Origin: Selaginella moellendorffii | Lineage: Eukaryota; Plantae; Lycopodiophyta | Length of the DNA stretch: 64,000 nt | NCBI RefSeq assembly: GCF_000143415.4 | Contig: NW_003314322.1 | Span: forward strand, 942,067 to 1,006,066 | Direction of reading: 5' to 3' | Part shown: positions 1 through 11,536 of the stretch, in pieces | Numbering within the stretch: the first letter of the stretch is position 1 | Layout of the letters: every line of letters begins with the position of its first letter | Notes under the pieces: model-generated | The model's database searches: none | What the model was told of the DNA's origin: nothing | Seen by the model: only the letters and a program-made list of their open reading frames with translations | Program-made: the position numbers and the translations under genes

Positions 1-379
1 CCATCCATCCATCAAAAACTAAAGTGAATACAAATAGACAAGTGAGGTAGCTTAGTGAATTGTTAGCCACAAATTTTTCCTTTCCAATTTGCTAACTTAC
101 CTCGTCTATCCAACCACCATGGCCTTGGCCTTAGTTAAGTTCCCTCACCAAGGTTCCCGCCTATTATACCAGCTCCTACTTGGTCCTATTTGGTTTCAAC
201 TACTCATTGTATGAGGAATAGAGTGTTGGCCATCCATTCATGGATTCCCAAATCTCTCCCAATCCTTCTTCCCAGGTTAAACTAGACTTAAAGTTCAACT
301 ACACTCCCTGCAAGCACAAGCAACCAAGCACACCAAACCACTAGGTTTCTAACATCCCTTAGTACAACAAGATTTGATC

Positions 380-1320
380 ATGGGACCCTCTAAATCCCAA
401 GCCTTGGGTGCAACACTTGCTTCAGGACACCAAGGGGAAACACCATGGCCTAACAGCCTAGTATGGGTATCCCTACTCCCCCACTCCCATCCCGAAGGGA
501 AAGCCCAAGCCCTTAGGAAGGGCGAAGACCAATGAGCCATAAGGTACTCAAGTGGGTGTAGTGCATGTGATCATGGAATGAGATTTAAATATACTATCAC
601 CGTGGATCCTTGAAACTTTGGGGGATAAATGGGGATAAAATAGCCACTAAGGGCTCTTTCATCAAGCAATTGCCCTTTTTCTAGTTGGTTTAAAAGGATA
701 GAAATAAGGTGCATTACATGTGGTATCGGAGCAAATGGCATAGGTTCAATTCCCATTGATTAGTGGCTACTTAAAAATATAATATATCTTTGAGCAAGAT
801 ATATTCCTACCCTTAAAATTTGAAATCGTACGTATTAGGCATCCATGCATATGTTCTTCCTTTTGTATGGAGTATCCATGGACAAAGGTATCCACCGTAG
901 GACTGTGGTACGGGTGGATGACTAATTGCCTCACATGGAATAATTAGTTTACACAATGGAAGGATTAATAAATTCAATACAAAAATGGAGGTGTTAGTTC
1001 CCATGGCTCAATAGAGGTTATTAGTCAATAGTCAATGAGGACATTAACATCTTTAAAGGGGGGTAAATGTAACACATGTGATCATGGGATGAGATTTTGA
1101 TATACTATCACCATAGATCATTGGAACCTTGAGGGATAAATGGAGATAAAATAGCCACTAAAGGCTTTCTCATCAAACAATTGCCCCTTTTCAGTTAGTT
1201 TAAGGGGAGAGAGATAAAGTGCATTACAACGGGGCACCACTCTACATGAGTCGGGAGCACCACAATTAGTTTCCCTTCCAGAAGTGGGAGTTGCTCTTGA
1301 GCACTTCCTTGCTCTAGCAT
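380..1320. repeat. Degenerate relative of the 1.7-kb LTR family at 11537/17446, interrupted by the TRIM
   Basis: Colinear short matches to that LTR: aacaccatggccta...tgggta vs aacaccgtggcctta...tgggta; aggtactcaagt vs aggtatccaagt; gggagcacc vs gggagcatc; gctcttgagcacttc vs gctcttgaacacttc. Boundaries approximate. Confidence 0.45.
557..1228 (+). mobile_element. TRIM (terminal-repeat retrotransposon in miniature), non-coding
   Basis: About 160-bp direct repeats at 557-718 and 1068-1228, both TG...CA. PBS TGGTATCGGAGC (iMet-type) at 721-732. Polypurine tract AAAGGGGGG just before the 3' LTR. About 350 bp non-coding interior. Flanks GTGGG/ACGGG are at best a degenerate TSD. Confidence 0.85.
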
Positions 1321-4300
1321 CACCCGAGTCATTATTCTCAATTAACATGTAGAGCTACCAAGACCAACTCAAGATTAATAAAAGTTCACTATTCTTATAA
1401 AATTTAACCAAATACAAATTGCAACTTACCACCAAATATAATACTATAGAAGAAAGACACAAAGGTCATATTTCTAGAAAAGCCTAACAACCACTTTTCT
1501 ATTCCAACTCTAAACTTTATCCAACTTAATTGCTTTAGCCCCAAAAGTCAATATTGTTTATTGTAAGACATAAATCCCTAAGTCCCAAAGTGGAGCCTAA
1601 AGTGTCTAATGTGGTGGTGGCTAAAGTGAAAGTTCTAGATTAGATGGAAAACCACATAAGAAAAACTCTAAACCAGAATTGGACACTCAAATCAAGAAAA
1701 GTGACAAAGAAAGAGAAACAAGGAAAAAAAAGAAAAACAAAGGGAAAATAAAGTACAAACTTAGACTCTGGCCTCATAAGTCCCCACACCTTCAAGAAGT
1801 TTCTCAAACACACCTATCTCACCCTCAAAGTTCCAAGGAAGAAAGTGAAGTGGAGTGAATGCATTGCGCAATAAGGGTATGTGTGGAAAGAGACAAAAAT
1901 TGTGCTGCAAGAGGTGATGGGATGGATGGAATGGAGGCCACATTGTTGTAGATGATAGAGAATAGGACCATATGTAATATAATGTAGGAAGACTAGAAGT
2001 AACAACTAATATTTTGTCAGAATTTGATGTAAAGCATGCTAGAACCCAGGATGAAGTGGCTTCTATTGCAAACGCAGCCGGAAGTATGTGGAGTGAGGAG
2101 AGTTGTCTACTCCACTGATGAGTATCTGGATGCCTGTTTTATGCAGGCCAAACCAACTGAAAAAAAGAGCTGGAATATCCTTGAATTTGCCACAAGTCTC
2201 ATATGGTGATAGTTCAAGTTGCATCTTTTGTCTCTAATGTCCAAAATATTTGATTTTTGCTTTGCTGTATTGGTGGAAGTTTTCTTGATAGAGTGATGTT
2301 GAAAGATCCAAGTATTATATGTGCATGGTATGGAAATGATTAAAATCCAAGATTAAGTATTTGTGATGATGGAATGCAATGATTATGAAAGTGAATAGAG
2401 TGATGGTTTGTAAATATAAATGGATGGAAATGAAACCATTGCAAAATGACCACAGAATATGGCATTCTCCAAGTATGTATTTCTGAAAGTGATAGAGATA
2501 AGAACCTATGAACAAAGGGGAAAAGCTAGAAGATGAAAGAGCTCTTGGACAAGTGGAGTTAAGGCCACCCCGAGGTTGGAGGCCAAGATTGAGCTTGCAT
2601 CTACAAGAGAAGGTGCCTAAAAGGACATGAGAAACAAGTGAAAACAAAGAGGAAAGATAAAGAAAAGCTAAAAACCTAAAGCATCACTAGTGATGAAGGT
2701 GGTGAGTCGAGTTTTTCTTAAGTGTTGTTGTGAAGGAGCTCGCCTCTGCAAGATGAAGGGAATCCTGGAGAAGGCCCTTGATTCCATGAAAAGTTAAGCT
2801 GAAGTTAGGCATGATGATCCAAAGCTTGTGGTGTCGAGAGAATATCAACATAAGAGATGTTGATATGAGACTTGGAGCATGATGTCTGACTATGCTGACT
2901 GCTCCTAGATGGGGAATTTTGATGCTGTTGAAGATAAGAAAGTTTCCTTGAGTGTTTGTAGAAGTCTGCTAGGCAAACAAAGTGTCAATTCTTGAGAAAG
3001 CTACCATGAAATTGAATGTGTTGTGTGGCTGTGGTCGGATTGGATCTTCGTGATGAAAATGGTGTCTATGAAGACTCTATGCTTGATGACATCATATTGA
3101 GAATTGGAGCCGAAACGTGATGAAACCCAAAGCCATGTGACTGTGCAATATTGTGTCGAAGCGGCTGAGTAGTGACTCAAGGGTGATATGGAGCTGCTGT
3201 AGACTGAAGAAAACTTCCCTGAGTGTTAAGGAAGCCATGCAAAAACTACTGAGCATGGCCAAAGTCGAAAATAGAGATTGGAGCAGTGTTTCTGCCACCT
3301 TTGAGAGATGTACCACTTTGTGTTCCATAGCTAGCATATGCCATGTGCAAGTGATGCTATGAGGGGCTTAGATCCTTGAGTGAGGCTCTTTGATGGTGAG
3401 GAAAAAGACTTGGAGCTGAGATAGTGGACTAAGTAATTGCAAGAGTGTTGCCCATCAAGCTTGTAGAGATCCATGATCAAGTACATAGATCTATGAGTGT
3501 GTCTTGGAAAGGCAAAGTTAATAGACAAAAGCAAACAGCAATATGAGGTCCAAATAAAGGACACTAAGAAGTCAAGATCTCCTTAACAAGGGAAAATGCC
3601 ATATTTTGGAACTTGTGGGATCTAAGTTGTTCAAGTATTTTAGCTGGAAGAGATTGTGCCATGAGTGTGGAGGTTGATGTCTCTGAGTTTCCTAGAGTCT
3701 ACTTATCTCTAAAAGTCAAGACCATGACTACTGGAACATTAGAAGTGTTGTCACTCACATCTGCCACATCATCACTTGCTGCTTTCATATGTCACTAGCT
3801 CCAAGCTTGGCTAGAAACTCATCTACTGTTGTTAAGAAGGCCATAAACTCTGAAGAAGCTCAGTCCTCAAATAAAGAGGCCAAGCAGTTGGTTGCTGCCA
3901 CTGGTACCCAAGAAAGATTGCCACCTTTTGCTAGCATGAGTTGTGGAATGGAGCAAAGAGAAGAGTTGCATAGGATTAGCATGTGGCTAGATAAGAGCCT
4001 TATGAATGCCTCTCAAACCATTGGAAGTGCCTATGGCAAAAGTTGTGACTCAAAAAAAAGAGCAAAGCAAAGCACATACAATGCAATAAATAATAGTGAA
4101 AATGGACTTTAGACACTCAAGAAATTGGTGCTCAAATATTGCTATGTCATGGGAAAGAAATAAACTAAAGCATAATTGGCAAAAAACAATTAAAATGCAC
4201 AAATTTGGATGATGGGCAGCTCTATCTGTATCTCACAGTCTTAGAAGGGAATGAAAACTGAAAGAAAAATGGTGAGAACTCCTTCATCCTTCCAAAAAAT

Positions 4301-4858
4301 CACAAACGCTTATAGTCATTGGAGGCTGAGATCTACACACCAAAGAAAGAGCACCTCAAATGGATCAATAAAAAAGAAAAAAATTTGATTGGCATCTCAT
4401 GTTATGCACCATAGCTCTGAGCAAATGAAATCTCACTCCCACACTCAAAAGTCTTTCTATGAGGGTAATTCCTACTTCTCTTAGCATATCCCTCTCTAAG
4501 ATTGCCACTCCAAACCCTATGAATCTTCTCCCTCAATCAAGAAGGGTGAGTGGATAAAACCTTAATGTCACTCAATCAAAAAGTGTGAGTGGTTAAAATT
4601 TTAATGTAATAGACTAAAATGTTAATGGTACTTTTAGTGCAAAGCTGATGTAGTCTTGGGGGTAAGCAAATAATTACATGGTGAGGAACTTCAAGGCTAG
4701 GTGTTGTTTAGCACCAAAGTTATAACAAGAACTTAGACAAAAGAAACTTGGCATATCTCTAGAAACTTAACATATCTCATTGAGTCATGTGTATCTATAG
4801 CTTTAGATTTTCTTCTTTTCCATGTTCCAAGAGGAGACAATTGGGAAAGCAAACACTA

Positions 4859-6312
4859 TTAAAGCATACGTTTGGGAGCATAAACAGCAAGGGACTCCTC
4901 CAGCCTCAGCCATTCCTCGGCCATCTGTCTCTTATAGTTAACCGACTGAGGCACAAACTCTGCACATCGAAACCCAAGAAGATAGCCAGATCTCTCCAAA
5001 CTCGAGACAACAATGCTCTTATTGTCAATCCCTCCATGAAGGATACCCCGATCATGCATCGCTTGCAGTGCCTCTCTTGCGCCAGAGCCAAGAGCTTGAT
5101 ACTGCTCGCTCGTCAAAGGTATGTCCAAGTTTCCCGTCCTAACATCCGACATCATCGTGTAGAGAAACATTCCCCCGCCAAAGAAACCATACGAGTAGAG
5201 GTGTGGTATGCAGCGTCCCTGGTACTTGTGCAGCCTCTGGTAGACTTTAATCTCTGTGACCGTGCTCTTGAGGCATGTTTCGAAATCACTTCGCCAGCAG
5301 GTTAGATCCATGATCTTCAAAGCCACAGTTTTGCCCCGGTACTTTGCTCGAACCACACTCGCGCTCTGTGACACAAGCCTGGTCACTTCCTCTAGCTCGC
5401 GCTCGTCGATGCCACGTAGCATGGATTCAACCTTGTCAAGCCTGCCAAGTCCCATCTCTTGGCACGCTGCCATAAACCTGTGATTGAGCAAGCGAATGCC
5501 GTCAAACGAAAACTTCCTTGTGGGCGACACGCCAGAAGGTGGGGATGGCGAACGCCTGCCTAAATGCATAGCGTAGCCCAGAGATAACAGTGTTGTGGGA
5601 TCATCCTTGGAAGCAACGTGAACTTTCAACCCGTCATCTATCCGGAAACAAAACGCTAAATGCTCCGCAAAGGCCACCATCCCGATGGAGACCTGGTTTA
5701 GTACCATGTACACCCAGAGCCTTGCATACACAAGCTTGCTACTAGAAGACTCCATCCCATCCAATGTGATGACTCCCAGAAACATCATCTCATCCCCTGC
5801 AAAACCGAGATCGAAGAATAGCAAAGGATTTATTGCAAAGAGAGAACTTCAAGAACAAGGAACTTACTTTCGCTGATAGTGCATATTTCGGCCCTGCCGA
5901 TCGTCGGCCCACGCGGCCCACACGAGAGCTCGTGGTGAATGAAGGGTTTCATGGCCAATGCCAGTTCCCAATGTGGATTCCCTGCAATCGGCGGATCTGC
6001 TGCCGTCCTCTTTCCAGGGGCAGGCAGAGAATCATCCCAGTGAAGCGATAACCACCTGTCAAAGAGCTGCCCAAAATCTTGCCATGATTCGAGCTGCAGA
6101 TCCTCGGCTGGGCACAAGTCGTCTAGGCGAGGGTAAGAAGAAGAGGAGGCGGACGATGTTGAGGACCACTTCAATAGAAGAACTCCATGTAGGTCGCGTA
6201 GATGTAGCTTTTGGGGCGGCGAGCGCGGTAGATCAGGCCAACCTGGAACTGGGTCTTCTCGGGGAGGAACCGGCCCACACCGACGAAGTGGAAGTACCAT
6301 GCGCTCCTCCAT
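4859..6312 (-). CDS. Two-exon fungal/Crinkler-type protein: degenerate REase-like region plus kinase-like domain (probable pseudokinase)
   Basis: ORFs 5830-6345 and 4859-5824 join in frame through a GTAAGT...TTTTGCAG intron at 5797-5867 (TISE-R-DEMM). Kinase-like motifs VALK, EIKVYQRL..QG..IP.LYSYG and LHGGIDNKSI. Catalytic Asp and DFG are missing. Confidence 0.7.
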
Positions 6313-7388
6313 CCTTGCGCTAAAATTAGACACGCAAGTTATCACTTTCTCTTTCGTCGATGCTCATCCCGTTGGCACCTGTCTCTTCGGTCGGATCGGA
6401 CATGATCGTATGAAAGACGCGGCTCTGCTCCATAGTTGACACCAGGACTCTTGCTACTGCTAAATCATTAACCGAGCAAACGAGCAATCCCGGAGCGCCT
6501 TCAAAAACGAGAAACTTGTCCACCTGAGCCTCCTGTGTGTGTCGCCTGCGATCCCATGGAGCCTGATCGATTCACCACGTCTGGCAAACACGAAGTTGAT
6601 AGTGAACTGTAGTCAATTGTGTCGGTCTTCAGTCATATAGCCTTGCTTTTGGCGGGAGGAGGAACTCTTCACTCTTCTGGACGGCTTTGTAAGCTTCCTG
6701 TTGTGTAGAAGATAAAATATGAGGTTTATGTATCTTGCACCAAGAAGACATGCATGGAAGTCTGGCTTGCCTCTGCTGAATCCATGAGATGTAATCCCCT
6801 CGAAGAAGTCTTTCAGAGCTTCCAGCTGGCTTTCCTGTGCAGTAACCGCTGCTTACAACTTGGAGCTCACTTCCCACCACTCCACCATGATCTTGGGAGC
6901 TTCTGTTACCACGTACTTCTTCCCGGAAGAAACGAATGCCGAGAGCATCTGTAGGTTCCTGTCGCGAAAGAGGCCTAGCTTTGTGTTAGACCACCGATAT
7001 GACCAAGGTGAATGAGCGTGGTTTAGCGTAACAGACTCATATGTCAGTGGTACCTTGGGGTGTCAGACACATGGAGCACTTGGACCAAATGCAAAAGTTG
7101 AATGGTGACCTGAACTCTATTGTCGAAGCCTTGACACTGGAGAAAACCAATATGCTAGTCCACTGCCTCTCCTGTGAGTGACAATTTATGTCGAAGAATT
7201 TCGGTATCTTCTCACACCAAGATCACTCCAATTGTCTTCACGTGCATGTAAAGCGTCGACTCCGGATCCAGATTCAGGCCCCTACATATGATCTCCCGGT
7301 CGGCCTCTGGCCGCAACTCTCGGCATCATGGTCCACGCTCACGACTTCGACGACATATCCAAGTGTAGAACTTGACAGTAATCGACTA

Positions 7389-7634
7389 ATGCTTCATGCT
7401 CTTAGCAGTCGAAAAGCCCGGGCCTTGGTACTCCTAGCAGCACTGCTCATATTCCTGGTTTTTAATGAGGCAGCCGTGCAGAGCAGTACTTTACTGCCAT
7501 TTGATTCATCAGCATTTCCGAGGCAATATTCCGGGTGGTCTGCGAGACAGAGGAAATTCTTGACAAATGCACAACGCTCTAAAAGACGAGCTTACACTAT
7601 CGAAGGTCCCGACGACAAGGATAATAGCTTCTAA
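7389..7634 (+). CDS. Candidate small secreted peptide precursor (81 aa)
   Basis: Basic N-terminus then hydrophobic ALVLLAALLIFLVF. C-terminal KRR followed by AYTIEGPDDKDN, which has a CLE-like G-P-D...N spacing. Confidence 0.4.
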   Translation: MLHALSSRKARALVLLAALLIFLVFNEAAVQSSTLLPFDSSAFPRQYSGWSARQRKFLTNAQRSKRRAYTIEGPDDKDNSF

Positions 7635-9390
7635 CCACAAGACAACCCCTTTCGTGGATTGGGGGGGGGTTTGGGGGAGTGGGAGGAGCTATAGCCTTTT
7701 AAATAGAAAGAGCTGCTTTGTAAAAAGTCTGATCTCGTTCGATTACTTTTGGAGGAGTCTCAGCCCTGGAGTCGGACTCACGTCCATAGAGATGTGTTTG
7801 AGACGCCAAGTACCAAGCGTTTTTCTCTAATTCATTGAAGATGTTCAACGAAATGAGGAACAATGAGGATCTGCTGTTGTTTTGAACCTTGATAAAACTT
7901 CAATCCAGCTAGCAAATGTTGGGTGGTTGGCAAATTTGATGTTATTTCAAGAGGTTTACTGAGTTTAGCTATATTTGATCAACTCCACAATTGAAAAACA
8001 TTCTTCTGAAATCTGAATGTCTTAACCATAACTTAGTGTGTGTTAAGGTGCTAGACACTTCAAAAAAACTAAGTTGTGGTCAAGTTTAGGTACCTGACCT
8101 TTTTTTTTGGAAATAACAATCGATGATAGATTCTAATGTTCGGGATGTAGCTAGAAAAGTCATGCCCTCATTCCACCAGAGCTCGCAACATTTCTTTGAG
8201 AATCAAGTCGATGGTGAAGATCCCCTGGAAAGAAAGCAAATAATTCTGCCAAAAGAAATCAAATATCAAGAAAGGACCGGCTTTTGTTGGCTCATTGCCA
8301 TCAAAACCATTTCTGTCACGGAGGAGCCGTCCTCCACAAGCGAGTGCATTTCTCGTCTTATCTTTCCACACAGCATGCCCTTGAATGATCACACCAGACT
8401 TCAACTCAAAAGCAGTGTTTACCGTTGAAATCGAGCCTGGGAGGCTGAAACGCAAAAGAAGACATGCTTGTACATGGCCTGCTTCGACACATTCTGGATG
8501 TCCTCCCGATCAGTGCTTGGTTCCAATCGCAGCTGCTTGCGACGTGCCTTTGACGTCTTTCACTAGAGTATTTCTCCCTCGAATCCTTGAAGGAAAAACG
8601 AAGTACGATTAAATCATCCATGAGCATAGTGTCCCAAAATAGAATCACACCGACTTAAAAAAACTGCATAACCTTCATCCTTTTTATATCTTAGTAAAGC
8701 AGCTTCCTTAACTTGTTCGGCGAAAGTTTCAATGCTTATAGACGACTGAGACCTCTTTGCCGAGGCTTTGAACACCTGTAAACAGTCTCAGCGATAAAAA
8801 CTACGACGCATGAGGCTTTGTGCTTACTTACGAGTTCGAGCTAAGTTGGGAACGCCTACGCTTTTGCAAGTTCCCTCCCCTCTTCGTATTCCATATCTAA
8901 AGATAAAGAAAGCTTGGTGACTTGAAAGTTGAAACTCAGTGGCGAAGCACCTGAAGCGCGGAAGTTCAGATATAAAGTATTAGCGGCGCAGCTCCTCCCA
9001 CTGGCCTTCTCAGTGCAATACTGCCTGGAAACTGCCACTGAGAACGAAAAGCTTCCAAAACATGAAAATCAAGAGATTACCTGCGCTGCCACAGTGATGA
9101 TCATCTTCCTGAGTACAACTTTCGAAGTCTGGACCATATCCCGTCTTCCAGAAACTTCAGGTGGATATCGAGCTGTGCAGTGCATCATGCACATCTCAGC
9201 CGCACCGTGGCTGATGCACATCTTCTCATGACAGGCATGAGTGTGGTCGATCACCGCCACAGAATAAACGCTACACCCAGTCTCTCCACAGGTGTGGCTC
9301 TTCAGCTTGCAGTCGTGCAGATGCATAGCTGTCTTCCAGATAAAATCAAACAGCATACCTTCTCCATCCATTTCTCCAAGGCAACTTCCA

Positions 9391-10461
9391 TCAAGGCCGA
9401 AATTGGTATTCTGCAACTGCTACCGAGAATCCTGCCAAGTTCCTAAGAAGCGCTTTTTGTCCGGAGCTCCCACGCCAAAAGGGATCTGTGACGTACAAGC
9501 TTTTGAAAAAAAAAACTAAGACAATTTGAAGAACAAACTTACCGATCAATAGATCGGCTGTAATACGTGAACCACATATGCTCGTGTGTCCCAAAAAATC
9601 CAAAGGGTTCATGAACAGCATTCATGAGCATATCCTGGAAAAAAGGATAGAAGGAAAAAAGATAAAATATCCGAATCGAAAACTTACCTGCTACTTGTGC
9701 GATAACTCCTCTTAAATGCTCATCCAATCCATTGTACTCATAAGCACCTTCTATCTATTCAGCTTAAAACCCTCTTACGTTGTTTGGTAATTTATAGTCA
9801 CCTGCAGCTTTCACGACACCACCTTGTACCAGTTGGAAATCAGGGATACCTTCAAAAGTTAAAATACATTCTCAAATATTTAAATTTAAAAAAGAAAAAT
9901 ACCTTGATACCCTGAAACAGATCTATACGACCATTGTGCTCCACCATGAGTAGTCTGTCAAAGCACCCTAAAGAAAAGAAAACCAAATAAAACACAATTT
10001 TTCTAAAGTATTATACTTGTTAACCAAACCAAACATAGGATGATCCTGAGCTCTTACTCCCTCCTCCAGCTCTGTGCTAAGATTATCTTCCCACCAACCC
10101 GAAATTAATCCCATAGCTGCTGACAATGGAAAAGAGTGTAATATATGCTTAATACCCATATCCACAAGCTTAAAAATTCGCAAAAGAAAAACCGAAATCA
10201 GAACCAATGAGAAGTTTACTTACTCATCAAACAACTCCCACTTAAAAACAGTTCCTGGCTCGTGCCGTGTGCTTGAAATAGTGCAGCTCGTTGGCAAATT
10301 GTGCACGGCAAACAATGGAAGCAGTGGAGAGTTTAAAACCTGCTATAATGGCCTGTCTTTAGTAGAAGCTATCCTGTGAAATAGCTCGAGATCAAACTAG
10401 CTAGCTGCAACTACTCAAACCTAAACCGCTCACCTATCAATGCCGCCTGAATGAGATCCAT
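9391..10461 (-). pseudogene. Multi-exon disrupted gene with PD-(D/E)xK/REase-like motifs, related to the N-terminal half of 4859-6312
   Basis: Series of short GT-AG exons giving GIPDF...AE*...AQVAG / MLMN...FGFFGTHEHMWF / LYVTDPF. Contains an in-frame stop and phase conflicts. The 3' extent is uncertain and exons may continue to about 8200. Confidence 0.45.
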
Positions 10462-11536
10462 CAATCGATTGCTATAGGATCATTACCTCTTGTATGCTGG
10501 AGGAATGAATCCAGTGCCGGGAGCAGCGTGCGAGAGATCGATCACGCCTTGTTTGCAGCAGCTAGGAATTTTTCCACTTTCCAGCCAGGGTTTTCGAGCA
10601 AGAATCCCTTTTCTTCTCTCCGTGAATTATCCATGGTTGGAGGTGGATAACTGACAAATATCCTCAGGGTGATCCGGTTATAAATCCCTTAAGGGTGTAT
10701 CTTGTGGAATTTCCACTTTAATAAGTTGGTGATGGATCTCTTCTAAATTTTTTAGAATGTTCCTGTTGATAGTTAAATGCACATAGTTCAGCACGTTGAT
10801 CTCTAGCTATATTTTGCTGGATCTCCTTGCTAGCTCCACAAAGCAACTTAAGGAACTGTCTGGCCCAGTGATTGGTCTCCAAAGTGTTATTGGCTTGGAT
10901 GAGAAGAATCATCCACCTTTGCTGGCAACTGCTTGGATGACAGAGTCATCAGCTTGGCACATCAACAAGGCTTGAGTTGAAATATTTATCTGAAGGTCTC
11001 TTTTATATCTTTAAGGTTGTTTGTCCTGGCTTAAAAAGTTTCTTGAGTTGGTTAAGTAAAAATGTGGGTTTGGTTGAGGGTGGTGAATAAAACCAATATT
11101 AAAATTGATGATATGGATAACCAATAATGGTTGTGTGAGGTCCAAGTGTATAGTTACGATGTTGTATATTAATATTAGTGTAGTGGGATTTTGGTAGCCA
11201 TTGAATTAGTTTCAATCTGGACCATTCACTCTTATATATAAACTAGAGTTTTTGGGCTAATTTATATGCACATTTTCTATATTCCCTTTCCACATTAATG
11301 GAGATGAAGAACAATTTTGATTGTCCCTGAGGAGTGCTTAGATTTGGGATTTTGGTTTAGATCTAACTTTTGCATTGTGTAGATTTTCCTTTTTTTTTAG
11401 CTTTTTTTCATTTATCTTTTTTTGCTCTTTCCTTTTCATTCATCTTCATAGTAAAGCAATAGTTTCTTCCTCCTTTGACTTTGGAGTAGCAGTTGGTGCA
11501 ATTACTTGATGCAATGTAATTGCAATTAAACCAAAC

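Noticed and set aside
1500-4150. Decayed coding-like, purine-rich plus-strand sequence with possible splice sites
   Set aside because: Many stops and no assignable motif; probably an old transposon or pseudogene, but not supportable.
4650-4695. ~45-bp inverted similarity to about 24630-24670 (TTACATGGTGAGGAAC core) as TIRs of a 20-kb element
   Set aside because: The match is short and gapped, with no TSD or transposase; more likely two pieces of a dispersed repeat.
6326-7000. Possible extra exons upstream of the pseudokinase
   Set aside because: The ORF at 6326-6523 ends in its own stop and no consistent model or family could be built.
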